The notes: generated by a model from the letters alone, not told the origin. 64,000 nucleotides of DNA from a virus (IMGVR_UViG_3300012007_000014:1-64000), one strand, 5' to 3'. Counted from the first letter of the stretch, positions 9,636 through 20,185 are shown. Numbers and translations: made by a program.

Positions 9636-10055
9636 CTATAATTTATTCACCCAGTTTACCAAGCTATTCATATAGATAAACGGATTCTTAATTGTAGATG
9701 AAAGCTTCGATACTTGCTTATTTGTAGTTTCAATGTCATTAAAGACTTCGTGTTTCCAGTATTTTGGAATTGATAGAAAGTTATATACGTCATCAAATAG
9801 AATATATCCTTTGTTATACTTTCTATTCGTCTTAGACATCATGTAGCCAGAACAACAGTATTGAGTTATGTATCCATTCTGATTTAATTTCATAATAGGA
9901 TACGCCATCATCTCATCTATTTCTATTAATTCATTTGGAAATGAACTACATTCTACAGATGGACAATAATATACAACTTTTCCGTCTATAACTTGTGCAT
10001 ATAATCGATCTGATCTAAATATCCGACGGCAATGCGGGCAATATAAAGTTTGCAT
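9636..10055 (-). CDS. Zn-finger-containing hypothetical protein
   Basis: CPHC...CPSVEC, then YITQYCCSGY; GGAGGT RBS. Confidence 0.6.
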   Translation of the reverse strand: MQTLYCPHCRRIFRSDRLYAQVIDGKVVYYCPSVECSSFPNELIEIDEMMAYPIMKLNQNGYITQYCCSGYMMSKTNRKYNKGYILFDDVYNFLSIPKYWKHEVFNDIETTNKQVSKLSSTIKNPFIYMNSLVNWVNKL

Positions 10056-10120
10056 ACTTACCTCCATTAAATCTAAATAAAAAGAGGAAGATGATTGAAT
10101 TAACTCATCTTCCAGATTTC

Positions 10121-10336
10121 TTATTTAGTTTTGTTCGACTTCCGTTTGAATGTAATCATCTTAATTGCAAGATAATCAATTGTTGCCATCACTCCAGTAG
10201 ATACTGCTGCTCCTAAGAGCTCGCTCATATCGTACCAGCAGGCGTTCTCAATCACTCCTACAATCAGTGTATAATTCCATACAAACTGGAAACCAAGAAC
10301 GAACCAACCAAGAACTCTAACTAATAAAGTTTTCAT
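10121..10336 (-). CDS. Small membrane protein
   Basis: Two hydrophobic segments; own promoter motif and GGAGG RBS. Confidence 0.6.
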   Translation of the reverse strand: MKTLLVRVLGWFVLGFQFVWNYTLIVGVIENACWYDMSELLGAAVSTGVMATIDYLAIKMITFKRKSNKTK

Positions 10337-10349
10337 CTTTCATTCCTCC

Positions 10350-10377
10350 TTCATTAAGATACATGAAAATTTTGCGA
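10350..10377 (-). promoter_or_regulatory. Repeated phage promoter-like motif
   Basis: TCGC-AAAATTTT-CA-TGTATC-TTAATGAA, directly followed by GGAGG. Confidence 0.7.
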
Positions 10378-10422
10378 AGGAGAAAAGAGGTGACTTGAAA
10401 TATAATTTACGTTTTTACACTT

Positions 10423-13400
10423 TCATTTTTTCGGAATATCAACAGTAACAAATTGATCATAACTTCCAAACTTATTAATACAGTCAATTGCATCATTACA
10501 TTTAGAAATATAATAGGACTTATTGATATAGTCTTCGAGATGATTGTTTACAACCTCTTCTGATTCAAGCCAATCGTAACGTTCCTTGGTCTCTTTATTG
10601 GTGCTTCCTGCTGCTGCATAACGCTTTCCATCATTAACACGATACAGATGAGCACCTCTACCAGTGATCATAGGAGTAAACTGACCAACTCTTCCAATGA
10701 ACTGATCTACTTCATTCTCTTTTCCCTCATCAAACACAAGATGAAGAGTGCCAGCAGTAACACTAAACGTTTCACACATATCATCAAATGTAATTGGCTC
10801 ATGTGTAAACAGAGTTTTGTAAATATAAGGCACCTGGAACTTCTTACCTGTTGCATCCCATTCAAATGGGCTTTCAGGATCGTCATAGTCATGCAGACCG
10901 ATAAACTGTGCATCATCAATAAGACAAATTCTATTCCAAGTATGTTCGACTTCAAATGTATAACCGTAATCCTTACCACGCTTTAAAACATAGTCAAGAA
11001 TTTCATCTGTTGGATTTGCAATCTTAATACTATCTGTCTTAATATGAATGACAGTAAACCCTTTCGCTTCCACTTCATCCTGAATAATCTTAAGAACCAT
11101 TGCACCACGTAGTGCAACAATGTTATTAATATTGCGAGGGTCCTTTGCTTCAAAATAGTCATGCGGAGAACTTGTCATTCCATAGAAAGCATTCAGCACC
11201 AACTTAAATGCTGTAGAGATTGCTTTTGCATTAGCTTTTAACTGATCTTCAGATCCTGTAAAATACTTTGCTAAAATACCATCAAACATAGTTCTTACAG
11301 TATCAAAGTCTTTATGTTTAATTGCGTATCTTGCTTTCTTCAAATCAGAATATCTTTTTGTCTGCTTTCCAAATAGATTTAACTGCTCAATAGAACTTGG
11401 ATGATGTGATGCACTATCCTCTGTTACTGCCCGACCATAAATCCCAGGATTGGAGTAGACATAACCTCCTCTTCCAATATCGATTCCTCGGAAAAAGTTA
11501 TGTGGACCTTTTGGATCACCAATGTCAACAAGATGATAGCCTGGAAACTGATTGGTATTGATTGGTGTAACACCTGTCCAATCATCTCCAATCTTATCGT
11601 ACTCCTCTTTCGATATAATTGACATTTGATACGGAACTCCATCACCATATTGCTTACCGGTTGTAAAATCTGTATAAACAAGTTCAAGATGATCAGCATC
11701 TCCTTTAACAAATCTTGTAGAAATACTATTTGTTGAATCAATCATTGTAGATCCTGGTACCAAATCAACAAGCATCTCTTTTGCAACAAATTCGTTATGA
11801 GTTGCATCAAATACTTTCTCAAGAGAGACTGCATCATTCTTACAATACTCTTTGAACTTATCCCACAGAGCTTTCGGAACTGGCTGTGTCCAATCTCTAT
11901 CCCATTCCAAATGTGTAATTCCTAGCTTAATTTCCCATTTCTTAAGACTCATCTTTTCTGTAGAATATTCATAAGGATCTGCATAAAAGAGATGTCTTGC
12001 CTGAGTAAACTTTGCTCTATTCTGAACTTCCTTGTTTCTATCGGTAAGTTTCTGACTTAAATTGTAAAGTTCCTCTGGTGTATAACCTTGAGCAGCGGCA
12101 TAAAGCATATTGGAGTCATAAGAAATTCCATTAAATGCAATGATTCTATAATTGAATAACTTTTCAACTTCACTAGCTGTAGGATTTAACATGGCTTTTA
12201 CGTCATCATCACCTTGGTACTTCCACTCAATTAGGAACAGTGCAGGTGTATCTTCTGGGCAATCGGGATATAATTTGGTGCCTGCTTCAAGAGCCTGTTT
12301 TGCAGAAGGAGCAATCTCACAATCCAAAAATATAATTGGAGCTGTCTTATACTCTTCTGTTTCAATATTCTCTTTCTCATTAACATCTTTAGAACAAAAA
12401 TGCATCCTTCCTACAAGCTCCATACAATACTGAGCGGAGTTGGTAGAGTTGGATGCAAAACCAAAAATATCATTCTGAAGATCTCTTACATCGTAGGTGA
12501 ATCCTTCTTTGTAAGCACCCTCAAGAGCCTGATAGATAAAGTTCACTTCGGGACGAGTATAACCATGGTGCTTCTTCTGGATGCAATTGTAAATGAACTT
12601 TCGCAGTGTCTTCTCACTTTTAAATCCTTCCCAGTCCACCATGTCTTTCGTCTTCTCCTCCTTTAACGGAAGTCCAGAACTTATCTCAGCAATTGGTAAA
12701 TCATTGCAAAGTGTAAGTTTCCTTCTGATACTTGTCCCTCCTTTTGGAACCTTTATCTCAACGTTGTCTTCTAGTATTCTGGAAAGCTTATCTGGATCAC
12801 CTCCTGTATAAATATAAAACAGATGCACACCACCACCAGACTTCGATACCTCTGCATAAGTTCTTGGAAACTTAGATGCCATTCTTAAGTTTTCTTCAAG
12901 ATCCTTCTCACCATTCGGACCTCTCTTGTCAAAGTCCAAAAATATAAGATTGTCAGGACCTTTTACATAATGAGTCTTTGAAGTGTCTAGATCTTTAAGA
13001 GTGGTCTTACAATTACTCCAAGCATAACGAAGAGGATGTTCCTTATCATCTTGTTCGTACTGGGCAAGACAGTCGGCATAAGTCTTATCAAAGATAGAAG
13101 TCTGTTTATTTAATGCAATCCAGGTACTTAATGCCTCCTTCTTCCCATCCTTGTCATCGGTTGATGGAGCGTCGGGATCTGTCATACCAATTCTGTCATA
13201 CTTAAATCCAGAGAACTTCTTATCATCATAAGACTTAAAATATAATTTGAGTGTGTCTCTAAACTTGTAACGAACCAGTACATTCTTAAAGTTACACTCT
13301 TGTGCATAGTCTGTATAAAGCTTGTAGGCAGCAGCAAGAGAACAACCATCTTTTAAAGCCAAGTAGTTTTCTTGTACAAAGTTCTGAAAGGGAGATGTCC

Positions 13401-14481
13401 TGTTAAGCATGTCCTCGGCAATATAATTGTCGTAGTAATGTCTTCCAAGTTTCTTATAAGTTTGAAGACATCTGTATGCAATGCCACTTTTCTCAAACGG
13501 AATATTTGCAATACACTCCTCATACTCAGAAGAAGAAAGCTTACTACCAGTGGGTCTTACATCAATAAGTCTTCTATTCATTCCAGAGTTTGGAGAAAGC
13601 TGAACAGGTTCGTTACTTCCTACAATCAAAAGACAATTTGGTGTGATGGAAAACTTCTTTCCAAACTTTGGATTAACAGTAAGCGCCTCATGGGATATAA
13701 TTTTATTGAGTGTTGTCTTAGAGGTGATCATGTTCATCTCTGCATCATCGTCATATGCAAGAACACAATCATTCTCCAAGAACTGCGTTCCAAATGTATC
13801 TCTTCCGCAAAGATCGTTTGCCTCAAACTTTGTACAATATCCAGAGTTCGTTCCCTCAAAAATATTCTGTACAATTACCTTTCCAATAATGGTAGATTTG
13901 CCTGTTCCTGGAAGGCCATAGAAGACAAGCATTTTCTGGATCTTCTCCTGATCTCCAGCAATTGCACAACCAATGTACCACTCCCATTTCTCACGCTCTG
14001 TTGGCAAATATAATGTCTCACAAAGCTTGTCATAGTATGGCGTTTCCTGTTCCTGAAGTGGATAGTCAAGCTTTTTGGAGCAGTAGTCAGATCTCTTTGC
14101 TTCCTGATTGGAAAATAGAAGCTTTTGATTTAATGGTCTCCAATCTCCTTGATAATCTAAGTTACAGAAGTTGTGCCACTGTTTCACAAGACCATTCTTC
14201 TGATCAGAGATCTTCATGATGAGTGGCCCATGCTCAGGATCATTTAGAGACTGTTCAGACTCATGGTCCCTCACATAGTTCTCAACCTGTTCATCAATAA
14301 GAGCAATTGCAACAGGATCTTTTACTTCCCAGAGTCCTGTGTTCTCATTGTAGATTGCATAAAACTTTCCACCACGAACCATTAAATCCTTAATCGTTGG
14401 CTTAATCACAAAGGTAGGAGTATAGACATACCTTTGCTTCTTACTGTCATACTTCTTTAAAACTTTTAAGAAGTCAAACAT
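10423..14481 (-). CDS. Fused SF3 (D5-like) helicase / AEP primase / family B DNA polymerase with 3'-5' exonuclease
   Basis: Walker A GLPGTGKST; primase motifs FLDFD and EVSKSGGGVHLFY; Exo motifs FLDCE, FNGISYD, YCKND; PolB motifs DSASHHPS, KLVLNAFYG, IKTDS. Confidence 0.85.
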   Translation of the reverse strand: MFDFLKVLKKYDSKKQRYVYTPTFVIKPTIKDLMVRGGKFYAIYNENTGLWEVKDPVAIALIDEQVENYVRDHESEQSLNDPEHGPLIMKISDQKNGLVKQWHNFCNLDYQGDWRPLNQKLLFSNQEAKRSDYCSKKLDYPLQEQETPYYDKLCETLYLPTEREKWEWYIGCAIAGDQEKIQKMLVFYGLPGTGKSTIIGKVIVQNIFEGTNSGYCTKFEANDLCGRDTFGTQFLENDCVLAYDDDAEMNMITSKTTLNKIISHEALTVNPKFGKKFSITPNCLLIVGSNEPVQLSPNSGMNRRLIDVRPTGSKLSSSEYEECIANIPFEKSGIAYRCLQTYKKLGRHYYDNYIAEDMLNRTSPFQNFVQENYLALKDGCSLAAAYKLYTDYAQECNFKNVLVRYKFRDTLKLYFKSYDDKKFSGFKYDRIGMTDPDAPSTDDKDGKKEALSTWIALNKQTSIFDKTYADCLAQYEQDDKEHPLRYAWSNCKTTLKDLDTSKTHYVKGPDNLIFLDFDKRGPNGEKDLEENLRMASKFPRTYAEVSKSGGGVHLFYIYTGGDPDKLSRILEDNVEIKVPKGGTSIRRKLTLCNDLPIAEISSGLPLKEEKTKDMVDWEGFKSEKTLRKFIYNCIQKKHHGYTRPEVNFIYQALEGAYKEGFTYDVRDLQNDIFGFASNSTNSAQYCMELVGRMHFCSKDVNEKENIETEEYKTAPIIFLDCEIAPSAKQALEAGTKLYPDCPEDTPALFLIEWKYQGDDDVKAMLNPTASEVEKLFNYRIIAFNGISYDSNMLYAAAQGYTPEELYNLSQKLTDRNKEVQNRAKFTQARHLFYADPYEYSTEKMSLKKWEIKLGITHLEWDRDWTQPVPKALWDKFKEYCKNDAVSLEKVFDATHNEFVAKEMLVDLVPGSTMIDSTNSISTRFVKGDADHLELVYTDFTTGKQYGDGVPYQMSIISKEEYDKIGDDWTGVTPINTNQFPGYHLVDIGDPKGPHNFFRGIDIGRGGYVYSNPGIYGRAVTEDSASHHPSSIEQLNLFGKQTKRYSDLKKARYAIKHKDFDTVRTMFDGILAKYFTGSEDQLKANAKAISTAFKLVLNAFYGMTSSPHDYFEAKDPRNINNIVALRGAMVLKIIQDEVEAKGFTVIHIKTDSIKIANPTDEILDYVLKRGKDYGYTFEVEHTWNRICLIDDAQFIGLHDYDDPESPFEWDATGKKFQVPYIYKTLFTHEPITFDDMCETFSVTAGTLHLVFDEGKENEVDQFIGRVGQFTPMITGRGAHLYRVNDGKRYAAAGSTNKETKERYDWLESEEVVNNHLEDYINKSYYISKCNDAIDCINKFGSYDQFVTVDIPKK

Positions 14482-14505
14482 AATGTCATGACTCCTTTCT
14501 CAAGA

Positions 14506-14775
14506 TTAATTCTCAAGTGACTTCTTAATGTATCTGACCTTTGTTTCCGAGATGTTAAATTCTTTTGCAATGTCAGGTACACTTTTGTCATCTTTGATTT
14601 CCTTGATAATCTTCTGTTTCACAATGTTTGCATCAATTTTGGAACGAAACTTCTTGCAATTTACAAACGCAGTTGAGACTTCAGGATGAGGAAGCTTGTT
14701 AATAGCAGTCTCAAATTCTCTTGCCTCTTTCTCAAACTTGCAAATATCAGCGTTTTTGCAGTTATCACAGTTCAT
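14506..14775 (-). CDS. Small Cys-rich protein with C-terminal HTH
   Basis: CDNCKNADIC; SVPDIAKEFNISETKVRYI. Confidence 0.65.
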   Translation of the reverse strand: MNCDNCKNADICKFEKEAREFETAINKLPHPEVSTAFVNCKKFRSKIDANIVKQKIIKEIKDDKSVPDIAKEFNISETKVRYIKKSLEN

Positions 14776-14779
14776 ACTA

Positions 14780-15310
14780 TTACCTCCTACTAAGAAAGTT
14801 TTCATCAATTGGATAAAACGTATTTAAATATAAATTCATCTGACTCCAGACATCCATGGATCGGACATCTCTATCCGATTGATCTCTAAAGTCAAAAATA
14901 GAACCATGGCCATTCTTGTCATATGACCTTGAAAGCCATGTTTCTACTTTTTCTCTTATCTCTTTTCTGTCTTTTTCTGAAAGTGGATCTTTAAAGCTAT
15001 CAAGATGTAAGTTACTAAGCAAAATCCTAACAAAATATCTAGGATCTCTAAACCCACTCATGTCGTACATGGAACTTCCAAGCGCACAAATCATCTCAAG
15101 ACAAGAACAAGGGCCATCTGCCACATCTGACAGATAGACCCCTGTTTCATATGCACACTGATCTCTTAGTGCAAGTCCTGCTTGTGCTCTATTTTCATCC
15201 AAGATAAACTGCCAGCTATAATTTATCTCAGACAACTCCTTGAATAGATCTAAATGACCTACTGTTCCATACCTTTCAAATAACCAATCTATGTAATCTC
15301 TTCCAATCAT
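14780..15310 (-). CDS. Conserved hypothetical phage protein
   Basis: DENRAQAG..LR...PCSCLEM motifs; coupled to neighbours. Confidence 0.7.
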   Translation of the reverse strand: MIGRDYIDWLFERYGTVGHLDLFKELSEINYSWQFILDENRAQAGLALRDQCAYETGVYLSDVADGPCSCLEMICALGSSMYDMSGFRDPRYFVRILLSNLHLDSFKDPLSEKDRKEIREKVETWLSRSYDKNGHGSIFDFRDQSDRDVRSMDVWSQMNLYLNTFYPIDENFLSRR

Positions 15311-16062
15311 TCTTCCTCATCTTCCTCATTAATTGGAGCATTCGCCTTCTCAGGGAAGAAATCGTCAAATGATGTAAACTCCTTCTTCACATCATAATCA
15401 ATCTCATCCTCCATATTTCGTACTGTTGTCTCTGTCATGTTCTTATTGATGAACCAACCATACTTCCTTAAATCATTGCCAATGAGTTTCTGTTCATCAA
15501 CAAAGTTTCCTTCCTCATCCGTTAGAACATCATCCATTGTGAAATAGAAGAGTGTCTGTTTCTCAAAGGAAATATCAGGATAGTCCTCATCTACTCCATG
15601 AGAGAGAATATAATACTTCTTCTTTCTCTGCTTCTTATAAGTTTCAAACTCTTGTGAAACAGCAAGATTCTGCTGAAGAATTCTCTCATCATAGGTCTGC
15701 TTGAAGTCCTCAGGATTTACTTCTTCCTTTGAGTCGGTAGAGTCAGAATCTTTGTATTTGTACTTTAACTCCTCTACTTTCTTCGTATAGTTCACGTAAT
15801 CAATTCCGTCTTCACCTGGCATTGCAATCTTTGCGGGCCCAGGAGACACGATCTTAGAAGGATCAAAAGAGACCTTCTCTTCTGTCTTCTTTTCTTCGGA
15901 TTCATTAGATGGTTCCTTGGTATCCTCATTGTTTTTATTTAATGAAATATCATTAAGCTCTTCATCAAACTTTTTCTTGGATGCATAGTACCCTGCTACG
16001 TATCCAAGAATCGTTCCAACTACAAGGCTTCCAACGCCAAATATAATTGTACTCTTATTCAT
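15307..16062 (-). CDS. Membrane-anchored acidic protein
   Basis: N-terminal TM helix; L.YF..D.VLTDE motif; ATGA overlaps on both sides. Confidence 0.7.
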   Translation of the reverse strand: MNKSTIIFGVGSLVVGTILGYVAGYYASKKKFDEELNDISLNKNNEDTKEPSNESEEKKTEEKVSFDPSKIVSPGPAKIAMPGEDGIDYVNYTKKVEELKYKYKDSDSTDSKEEVNPEDFKQTYDERILQQNLAVSQEFETYKKQRKKKYYILSHGVDEDYPDISFEKQTLFYFTMDDVLTDEEGNFVDEQKLIGNDLRKYGWFINKNMTETTVRNMEDEIDYDVKKEFTSFDDFFPEKANAPINEEDEEE

Positions 16063-16433
16063 AATTCCCTCCATTCAGTTGTAGGTGACAATGTTTCTTT
16101 TATGCTGCTAACGTTTTTGGAAATAGAGCAAACTTCTTTCTCAATTCGATTCTGCGATCGAAATTCGGTGATACTAATCACAAGCTCAACAATTGGAAGA
16201 GCACATGCTACAACAGAAGACACGGTCTTAAGTTCGTCCATATGATTTGTTGCAAAGAGAAGAGCCTTGGTTGTAATATCAATTGCCTTCTCCTGTGCTT
16301 TTTCTTTCATTGACTTATAAGAAGGATCGTCTTTATGAGTCTTTTCCTGAATCTTACTTACCACACCTACAACTACTACTGTTGTAGTAACAGCAGCAAC
16401 TGCTCCTAATAATATCTTTGCTACCAGTGACAT
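16059..16433 (-). CDS. Membrane-anchored hypothetical protein
   Basis: AGGAGG RBS; N-terminal hydrophobic helix. Confidence 0.65.
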   Translation of the reverse strand: MSLVAKILLGAVAAVTTTVVVVGVVSKIQEKTHKDDPSYKSMKEKAQEKAIDITTKALLFATNHMDELKTVSSVVACALPIVELVISITEFRSQNRIEKEVCSISKNVSSIKETLSPTTEWREL

Positions 16434-16510
16434 ACATTACCTCCTAAAAATATTGGACGACTTTAATAAATATCAAAATCGCCCAATCTTCCATTTACGT
16501 CCTTACTAAC

Positions 16511-17515
16511 TTAGCACTTAAACCACCCAAACTTCGGAATCCCAGAAGCAGAGTCAACATCTGCAATCCGATCCAAGATGTTATCCTCAAGTGGCTTTAC
16601 TGTAATTCTGCCATCTTTTGATGTGTTGACAATCTTGAACTCGAACAGAATATCTTCCGGCTTCCCATCAAGTAGAGACGGATTTCCAATCTCTACTCCT
16701 CTTGCAAAGAGTGACAGTCTATTGGTAGATCCATCCGGCTCTTCATAAAACATGCCTGCTGCCTGTCCTGCAACAGTCTCCGGAATATTCATGGCATATC
16801 TTACTTTATTCTCAAAGACATAGCCCTGAATCTTTGCAATGTTATTCTCTGCGTTCAATGCTCTTAAGAGATCGTCAATCCCTCTTGCAACATTGCCGTT
16901 GTTACCAGATGTCAAATAGAAGTTCCTAACATCTCCAAGAAAGAAGGAATGCGGAATATAAGTTCTTGTATCTCCCATTGTATGAAGAGGAACCTCAGTT
17001 GTAGTAACAGTTCCATCCGGCTTTTGCTCTACAGAGACCATGGAGCCACCTGTCAGATACTCATAGTCCTTCTCTTTCCCCTGATCCTTGACAACACGCT
17101 CTCTGTAGTTACTAAATGCAGCAGCTGTTCCTGCAAGAGCAGTATTTACCACATTGTACTTCTTGGTAAGAGTTGCGTGAGAAATATACTGTAAGAACTC
17201 TCCGAATGCAACAAGAGAGACTCCCTTCCAGCACCCCTTTGTATAACCCTTCACAGCGATCTTAATGGTTTCAGAGACGTACTTCTTTCTCTCCTCTTTG
17301 CTTTCCCAACCATCAGGGTCGTTGTCAGCATCCTTAATAAAATCCAGTCTATTCGCAACTTCTACCTGGACATCGGAAATCTTCTCAGCATCATGAATCA
17401 AGAATACAGTTCCTGCTGCAACACAAATATTACCAACAACGAACTCAATCTTATCAGAGTTCTTCTTACCAAATAATAATGCCTTATTTAAAGTTCTTGT
17501 GATGTCTGCTTTCAT
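16511..17515 (-). CDS. DUF6353-like protein (paralogue 1)
   Basis: N-terminal amphipathic/TM segment, AAAFSNYRERV, GYVFENKV; family name recalled, not searched. Confidence 0.6.
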   Translation of the reverse strand: MKADITRTLNKALLFGKKNSDKIEFVVGNICVAAGTVFLIHDAEKISDVQVEVANRLDFIKDADNDPDGWESKEERKKYVSETIKIAVKGYTKGCWKGVSLVAFGEFLQYISHATLTKKYNVVNTALAGTAAAFSNYRERVVKDQGKEKDYEYLTGGSMVSVEQKPDGTVTTTEVPLHTMGDTRTYIPHSFFLGDVRNFYLTSGNNGNVARGIDDLLRALNAENNIAKIQGYVFENKVRYAMNIPETVAGQAAGMFYEEPDGSTNRLSLFARGVEIGNPSLLDGKPEDILFEFKIVNTSKDGRITVKPLEDNILDRIADVDSASGIPKFGWFKC

Positions 17516-17530
17516 TTTTCAATTCCTCCA

Positions 17531-18124
17531 TTAAATGTTTGAAATATCAATTGGTGCGGGAAGATCAAGCTGATACTTTCCACGATCTGCTCCACTAAAG
17601 ATTGGATGATACCCAATCTCATTTGCATTTACCCAGCCATACTTATAGTCCGTAAATGCGATGGGGACTTTTGGTGTTAAAGAAGAATATAAATCAGAAA
17701 CCTTTGCTACGTGATAGGTTCTGATGAGGTTCTGCAAGAAACCAACTAATTTCTTAGCATCTTCTTCTCTATCCACAACAACGACTCTTACCTCAGAAGA
17801 CGATCTTCTTGCAATGTTGTCTCTACTGGATACCTGAGACGATGATGGTGTTGTATAATACGTTGTGTAAGATGTATGAGAAGATGAACTTCCTCTATAA
17901 GCTCTTCCATGATCTTCTTTATAGAAGAACTTATTGAGTGCTCCTTGGAAGGCATCATTTGCACCACTCCCAAGCTTTGCAAGGAGGTCGTGCATCACAT
18001 CCGTTGCTTGAGGGATAATGTATTCGTCCATTACATATCTCCCAATGTCTCCCATCACGGAAGTCTTTTTGGTTGTTGCACTGACTTCCAATTTCTGAAT
18101 ATCATTGTTCTCATTCTCTGCCAT
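17531..18124 (-). CDS. Conserved hypothetical phage protein
   Basis: DEYIIP..TD and AKVSDLY...FTDYKYGW...LDLPAP motifs. Confidence 0.7.
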   Translation of the reverse strand: MAENENNDIQKLEVSATTKKTSVMGDIGRYVMDEYIIPQATDVMHDLLAKLGSGANDAFQGALNKFFYKEDHGRAYRGSSSSHTSYTTYYTTPSSSQVSSRDNIARRSSSEVRVVVVDREEDAKKLVGFLQNLIRTYHVAKVSDLYSSLTPKVPIAFTDYKYGWVNANEIGYHPIFSGADRGKYQLDLPAPIDISNI

Positions 18125-18139
18125 AGTAACCTCCTAAAA

Positions 18140-18183
18140 AGAAAAAGAGAAGAGCTGTGTAAATTACACAACTCCTCTCTCAC
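18140..18183 (-). terminator. Intrinsic terminator-like hairpin abutting the next RBS
   Basis: GAGAGGAGTTGTGTAA/TTTACACAGCTCTTCTC plus T-tract, then AGGAGG. Confidence 0.7.
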
Positions 18184-18188
18184 GAGAA

Positions 18189-18515
18189 TTATAACTCTTC
18201 TTCAGTTTCCTGCTCGTTTACAGTCTCATCCGAATCAGAGTCGTCATTTGCCTCCAAAAGACCATTATTGTTGTCCTCCGAAATTGCAGGAGGAGTCTGC
18301 TTGTTGCTGTTCATCTTGGAAACGCCAAACAAGACCGCACCAAGAGCTGCAGCTGCACCGCCAATTGCGATGGCTACCTTTCTCTTTGTGGCCTTGGACT
18401 TTTCCTTTGCTGCTTCATCAACAGTCATCTCCTTCGGCTCCTTCTTCGGTCCAAACAGATGGACCTCTAAAGGCATATCCTGACCATTCTGATCCTTCAC
18501 TCCGTAAATCCACAT
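18189..18515 (-). CDS. Membrane-anchored hypothetical protein
   Basis: Central TM helix, acidic tail, AGGAGG RBS. Confidence 0.65.
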   Translation of the reverse strand: MWIYGVKDQNGQDMPLEVHLFGPKKEPKEMTVDEAAKEKSKATKRKVAIAIGGAAAALGAVLFGVSKMNSNKQTPPAISEDNNNGLLEANDDSDSDETVNEQETEEEL

Positions 18516-18555
18516 AACTTACCTCCTAAAGAATATAATTAGAGCACTATTGCTC

Positions 18556-18583
18556 TTCATATAAAGAGTTGATTTTTTTGCGT
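18556..18583 (-). promoter_or_regulatory. Repeated phage promoter-like motif
   Basis: ACGC-AAAAAAAT-CA-ACTCTT-TATATGAA. Confidence 0.6.
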
Positions 18584-19176
18584 TATTTATTGCTAATGAC
18601 GGGTGCAATTGTGATTGGAGACGGTGACGAGGTATTAGTATTTCCTTTTGGAAGATCGTCAATCTTATCGGAAAGCCTTGAAATCTTTCTCTTAAGATAA
18701 TCCACATCATCTTCACTTGCCTTATCATCAATCTTATCAGAGAGTCTATCAATCTTTCGATCAACTTCGTCCTGATAAGACGTCGCCCATTTATTGAAAA
18801 GATCCTTGCTATCGCTCTTTACATAACTGATAGCATCTTTTCTTACTTCAGACAAAATATCATTCTTAAAGCTAGTTACAGAAGACTTCATGTCTGCTTC
18901 CGCTTTCTTTGCATCCGCTTCTTTTAGTCTAACTTCAAGCTTCTTATTCTCAATTGCTACTTTATCTTCAGAGGATAGTGTGGACCAATACTCTTCTTTA
19001 TCCTTGAGTTCCCTCTCTTTTAACTCTTTTTCTTCTTTTGCTTTTCTTTCTTTGAGTTCCATCTCCTGAAGTCTTTTCTTATGGGCATCTATCTCTTCAA
19101 TGATTGTAATGGTAGCAAAAGGAATCGCTACTACTCCTACTGCAAAAATGGTTCCAATAACATGATACTTATTCAT
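18583..19176 (-). CDS. Membrane-anchored coiled-coil protein
   Basis: N-terminal TM; charged coiled coil with RKI.RLSDKIDD twice. Confidence 0.65.
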   Translation of the reverse strand: MNKYHVIGTIFAVGVVAIPFATITIIEEIDAHKKRLQEMELKERKAKEEKELKERELKDKEEYWSTLSSEDKVAIENKKLEVRLKEADAKKAEADMKSSVTSFKNDILSEVRKDAISYVKSDSKDLFNKWATSYQDEVDRKIDRLSDKIDDKASEDDVDYLKRKISRLSDKIDDLPKGNTNTSSPSPITIAPVISNK

Positions 19177-19204
19177 ATTAAACCTCCTAAAATATAATTG
19201 CAAA

Positions 19205-20110
19205 TTACCATCTTGCCATTGTTCTAAAAAGTGGAGAAGCGTTTAAGCTAAGTACCCAAATAAGAGAATCAGGATTAGACGGATCTTCGGTACCGTGAAT
19301 ATCAACACTAATGAAGTTCTCGTCTATGTCACCATACTTCATCTTCTGTGCATCACTCCATCCGAACATGTCACCACGTTGACGGAGAACCAAATTGTCG
19401 TCAATGAGTCTATAAATATCATTGACAGTTGCATATGCACTGCCATTTTCATCAAACTGATTCCACTCTTCCTTAGTAAACTTAATTGACAAAGAACTAA
19501 CTTTCTCCCTAATTGATGAGGGAGAGAGCGTTGACCAAAAATACCGTCCACCAAAGGTATCATAGTAATGGTAGACCTCATTCGCTGTTGCAGGAGTTGT
19601 ATCGATCATGGAGTTATCCTTCTTCTCAGGATTCTCCTTGATAATCTCTTTTGCAATTCCCTCTTTGATCTCATCTGTCTTCTTTGTGCCAAGCTTTTTC
19701 TCTGCTTCCTTCTGGAATGCCTGATATGTCACAATAGCATTATTTGCAGCTACCATTGCATCAGAGAGTTTCTTTATCTCTGCATCCTTAGAATCCATTG
19801 CTTTCTTAGATTTCACAGCAACAACAATCTGAGCTGTTGTAAGAAGAATAATGGGAAGAACAAGAGGAGTAAGAGTTTTAAGCGTCTCTTTGTAGATGTT
19901 ATTTACCTCATCTTTAGAATGAGACTGTGCAATAAAAGTTTTGGCATCTGTTACTGTAGACTTGATCTTATCGGCATTCCGAAAGATGACTGCTGCCTCT
20001 GCAAGTGATAGTCCAACCTGAGCCGCAGGAAGGATTACGTTCTCATGTGTTAAGTAATACCTTGAGATAGGTGCAAGTGCATTGTTTACGGGTTTCAAAA
20101 AGTTTTTCAT
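19205..20110 (-). CDS. DUF6353-like protein (paralogue 2)
   Basis: YDTFGGRYF, ATVNDIY, FGW motifs shared with the other paralogues. Confidence 0.6.
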   Translation of the reverse strand: MKNFLKPVNNALAPISRYYLTHENVILPAAQVGLSLAEAAVIFRNADKIKSTVTDAKTFIAQSHSKDEVNNIYKETLKTLTPLVLPIILLTTAQIVVAVKSKKAMDSKDAEIKKLSDAMVAANNAIVTYQAFQKEAEKKLGTKKTDEIKEGIAKEIIKENPEKKDNSMIDTTPATANEVYHYYDTFGGRYFWSTLSPSSIREKVSSLSIKFTKEEWNQFDENGSAYATVNDIYRLIDDNLVLRQRGDMFGWSDAQKMKYGDIDENFISVDIHGTEDPSNPDSLIWVLSLNASPLFRTMARW

Positions 20111-20185
20111 TTAGACCTCCTAAAAGAAAAATATAAATACAAGAGCCTAGAATATTTAGACTCTTGCTGTTACACAAATATGCAA

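Noticed and set aside
11500-11720. Intein or intron in the polymerase
   Set aside because: The extra segment is short, has no C/S start, HN end or LAGLIDADG motif, and the frame is uninterrupted
13372-14013. 213-aa plus-strand ORF, and other long plus-strand ORFs (e.g. 19568-20008, 48025-48555, 54879-55823, 59261-59785, 63422-63949)
   Set aside because: Antisense shadows of well-supported minus-strand genes; no RBS or recognisable motifs
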